A program made the translations under genes and the position numbers. A DNA stretch of 64,000 bases from Lingula anatina (lineage: Eukaryota; Animalia; Brachiopoda): the NCBI GenBank assembly GCA_051362555.1, contig CM120640.1, positions 71,650,788 to 71,714,787 on the forward strand, given 5' to 3'. Shown here one piece after another: positions 63,100 through 64,000 of this stretch; positions within the stretch are counted from its first letter, which is position 1; every line of letters begins with the position of its first letter. Under the pieces are notes generated by a model. That model had not been told where the DNA came from. It saw only the letters and a list, made by a program, of their open reading frames with translations, and searched no databases.

Positions 63100-63904
63100 A
63101 TATTCTGTTATCTTTCTAGCTGACAAAAGAATCAAGGTCCCTGGTATAGTGCGTGTTGGGAGTACAGAGAATGTCCACCCAGACATCGTATCCATTACCC
63201 TGGAGGAGCTGATCAAGTCTAACATGGGGAGAGGTATGTGGCCCCCACTATGGAACCAGGTTCTATACTAATGAAATATACCACTGGAACAGCAAATACA
63301 TATCAGCTGAGTTTGGGTGAATAGACTTGATGTTTTGGTATAAATTGAATAACTCACTGAGAAATATCATAATCAAAACTGATTCTTTTGAATTTGGTTA
63401 AAATTATAATGGCTACAATCTTTACGGCTCATTCCTATTGAAATTATCAATCCAACTCTGCAGGGTCCTGGACTCTCACTGAATGTAATAATTTCAGCAG
63501 ATTAACACGCCTCCTCCTATCATGGAGTAGAATGCAGAAAATCTGGTGGTGATATGATTACATAGGAAGCAAGAGGAGGCATGTTAATATCTTAAACTGT
63601 TGCATTCAGTGAGAGTCCCCTCATAGTTGGAGCGATCTATGGAGACAAAGAGTTTCAATGGGAAAGAGCCCTTAACTTCTTAATGGCATAAAGATGTGTA
63701 AACTTTACTGTTTTAGAGGATGCAGACCTGCTTTCAAAGAGCAATGATAGCATGAAGGAAGCTTTGGCAGAAATAGAGGTGAAAATGACATCTCTGAAAC
63801 TGAAGTTACAAGAAGAAAAGAATGTTGGGAAAGACACCAGGACAACAGATGAAGCACTCCGAAATTTAGAAGAGAAGAAGAAGTGGCTTTGTAGGCAACC
63901 TGTG
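49710..63904 (+). CDS. SETX: Senataxin/Sen1-like SF1 (Upf1-family) helicase, 3'-partial: join(49710..49782,49952..53437,53585..54459,54884..55103,56018..56154,56405..56516,56697..56876,57028..57146,59260..59400,59641..59793,61884..62007,63120..63233,63717..63904,...)
   Basis: 13 GT-AG exons with consistent phases. Motifs DDYIEIITPLMLHEIW, FNESQ, Walker A QGPPGTGKS, ILLCAPSNAAID, IVRVG, after a long low-complexity region. Orthology to SETX is likely but unproven. Confidence 0.82.
49952..53437 (+). CDS. SETX: Helicase giant exon (3486 nt), low-complexity region
   Basis: Stop-free frame, TTCTAG acceptor, AAG/GTGATT donor, phase 1-1. Confidence 0.88.
51043..51366 (+). repeat. Coding 21-bp (7-aa) repeat SGGH(P/H)TA / SSRDHTV, about 15 units
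   Basis: Visible in both DNA and translation. Confidence 0.9.
53585..54459 (+). CDS. SETX: Helicase exon with 14-aa Thr-rich repeats
   Basis: TTTAG acceptor, AAG/GTTTGT donor, frame continuous with both neighbours. Confidence 0.82.
53815..54300 (+). repeat. Coding 42-bp (14-aa) repeat TSPGDGTTASKTMV, about 11 units
   Basis: Unit ACTAGCCCTGGAGATGGGACAACTGCCAGTAAAACCATGGTA. Confidence 0.92.
54520..54635. repeat. Short intronic repeat of about 23 bp (GGGCTGGGTATGCTGGATGTTTT)
   Basis: About 5 degenerate copies. Confidence 0.75.
54884..55103 (+). CDS. SETX: Helicase exon (RIEDGVRNKVSF...TRWLK)
   Basis: TTTTTCAG acceptor, AAG/GTATGT donor. Confidence 0.85.
55101..55844. repeat. 31-bp x24 tandem repeat starting at the exon donor
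   Basis: Unit AAGGTAKGACTTGACTGTGTCAGGTAGAACT. The first unit contains the real AAG/GT donor at 55103/55104. Confidence 0.95.
56018..56154 (+). CDS. SETX: Helicase exon (..SYSSLDDYIEIITPLMLHEIWAK)
   Basis: Sen1-type pre-helicase motif with consistent phases. Confidence 0.88.
56405..56516 (+). CDS. SETX: Helicase exon (AAKDWKEKG...HGLQ)
   Basis: CTAG acceptor, G/GTGAGT donor, phase 0 to 1. Confidence 0.8.
56697..56876 (+). CDS. SETX: Helicase exon (DLIHKK..EGDLVVL..VFGYV..KELL)
   Basis: EGDLVVL typical of the 1B barrel; phase 1-1. Confidence 0.85.
57028..57146 (+). CDS. SETX: Helicase exon (AKKKFAG...ILLKAE)
   Basis: TTTCCAG acceptor, GAG/GTAAAT donor. Confidence 0.8.
57165..58681 (+). mobile_element. 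HINE-type element, family B
   Basis: 5' hairpin TGTACCACCAGCG-TTAG-CGCTGGCGGTACA, GC-rich microsatellite-like tract, internal GACCTTGAAATTGACCTTTGACCT repeats. 3' sub-TIR GCTGGTGGTACAAT, palindrome GAGGCG-GTAT-CGCCTC, then CTAGTT. Confidence 0.8.
58921..59145. mobile_element. Harbinger-type MITE with TTA TSD
   Basis: TTA on both flanks; imperfect TIRs with core CATTCCCAKAGATTT(T)AGATCGATC. Confidence 0.65.
59260..59400 (+). CDS. SETX: Helicase exon (VVTSLTSSIR...LSESV)
   Basis: 141 nt, phase 0-0, GTAAGC donor. Confidence 0.85.
59641..59793 (+). CDS. SETX: Helicase exon with Q motif and Walker A (FNESQ...QGPPGTGKS)
   Basis: Upf1-family motif I. Confidence 0.95.
59981..61762 (+). mobile_element. 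HINE family A, apparently complete monomer (about 1.78 kb)
   Basis: 5' hairpin at 59982-60011; 3' TGTCTGTACATTTGACAGCTTTGCTGCCTTGT. Confidence 0.82.
61884..62007 (+). CDS. SETX: Helicase exon with motif Ia (ILLCAPSNAAID)
   Basis: Upf1-family motif Ia, AAG/GTCAGA donor. Confidence 0.93.
62028..63174. repeat. 121-139-bp x9 tandem repeat: (CA)n, polypyrimidine/AG acceptor and first 55 nt of the next exon
   Basis: Exon-like starts at 62070, 62191, 62324, 62463, 62592, 62725, 62850, 62983 and 63120. Confidence 0.95.
63120..63233 (+). CDS. SETX: Helicase exon (ADKRIKVPGIVRVGSTENVHPDIVSITLEELIKSNMGR)
   Basis: IVRVG motif. Only the last of nine acceptor copies continues into the full exon and the GTATGT donor. 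Confidence 0.88.
63717..63904 (+). CDS. SETX: Helicase exon, coiled-coil-like (EDADLLSK...CRQPV)
   Basis: TTTTAG acceptor, GTG/GTGAGT donor, open frame. Confidence 0.82.
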
Positions 63905-64000
63905 GTGAGTACACGTACTTGAGTCTAAGATCCTCACCTTCTGATTGTGTCCCGGAAGATCTAGTCAGCAAAATATTTCATGTGTATCTAAATGTTTGTT

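Noticed and set aside
61960-63225. Many CVCV/HTHT ORFs
   Set aside because: Translations of (CA)n tracts.

Overview
AT-rich animal genomic DNA with GT-AG introns, most likely from an invertebrate (mollusc-like repeat landscape; taxon is inference). Three genes. (1) A complete 11-exon sestrin on the minus strand (CDS 29264 to 2259, about 564 aa). (2) A minus-strand gene with one coding exon (35200 to 33821), encoding an unrecognised single-pass membrane protein with a long charged tail. (3) A plus-strand senataxin/Sen1-like Upf1-family helicase (ATG 49710) that runs off the window end. Transposons include a three-level nest: an otherwise intact CR1/L2-group LINE split by a Harbinger-type MITE, itself split by a Helentron-type (HINE) element. 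There are also a 977-bp foldback element, further HINE copies and several MITEs. The most unusual signal is recurrent tandem amplification of the splice junctions themselves: 5 acceptor copies in sestrin, and 9 acceptor copies plus 24 donor-bearing units in the helicase gene. Exon coordinates were read by hand from splice signals and frame continuity; no database searches were run.
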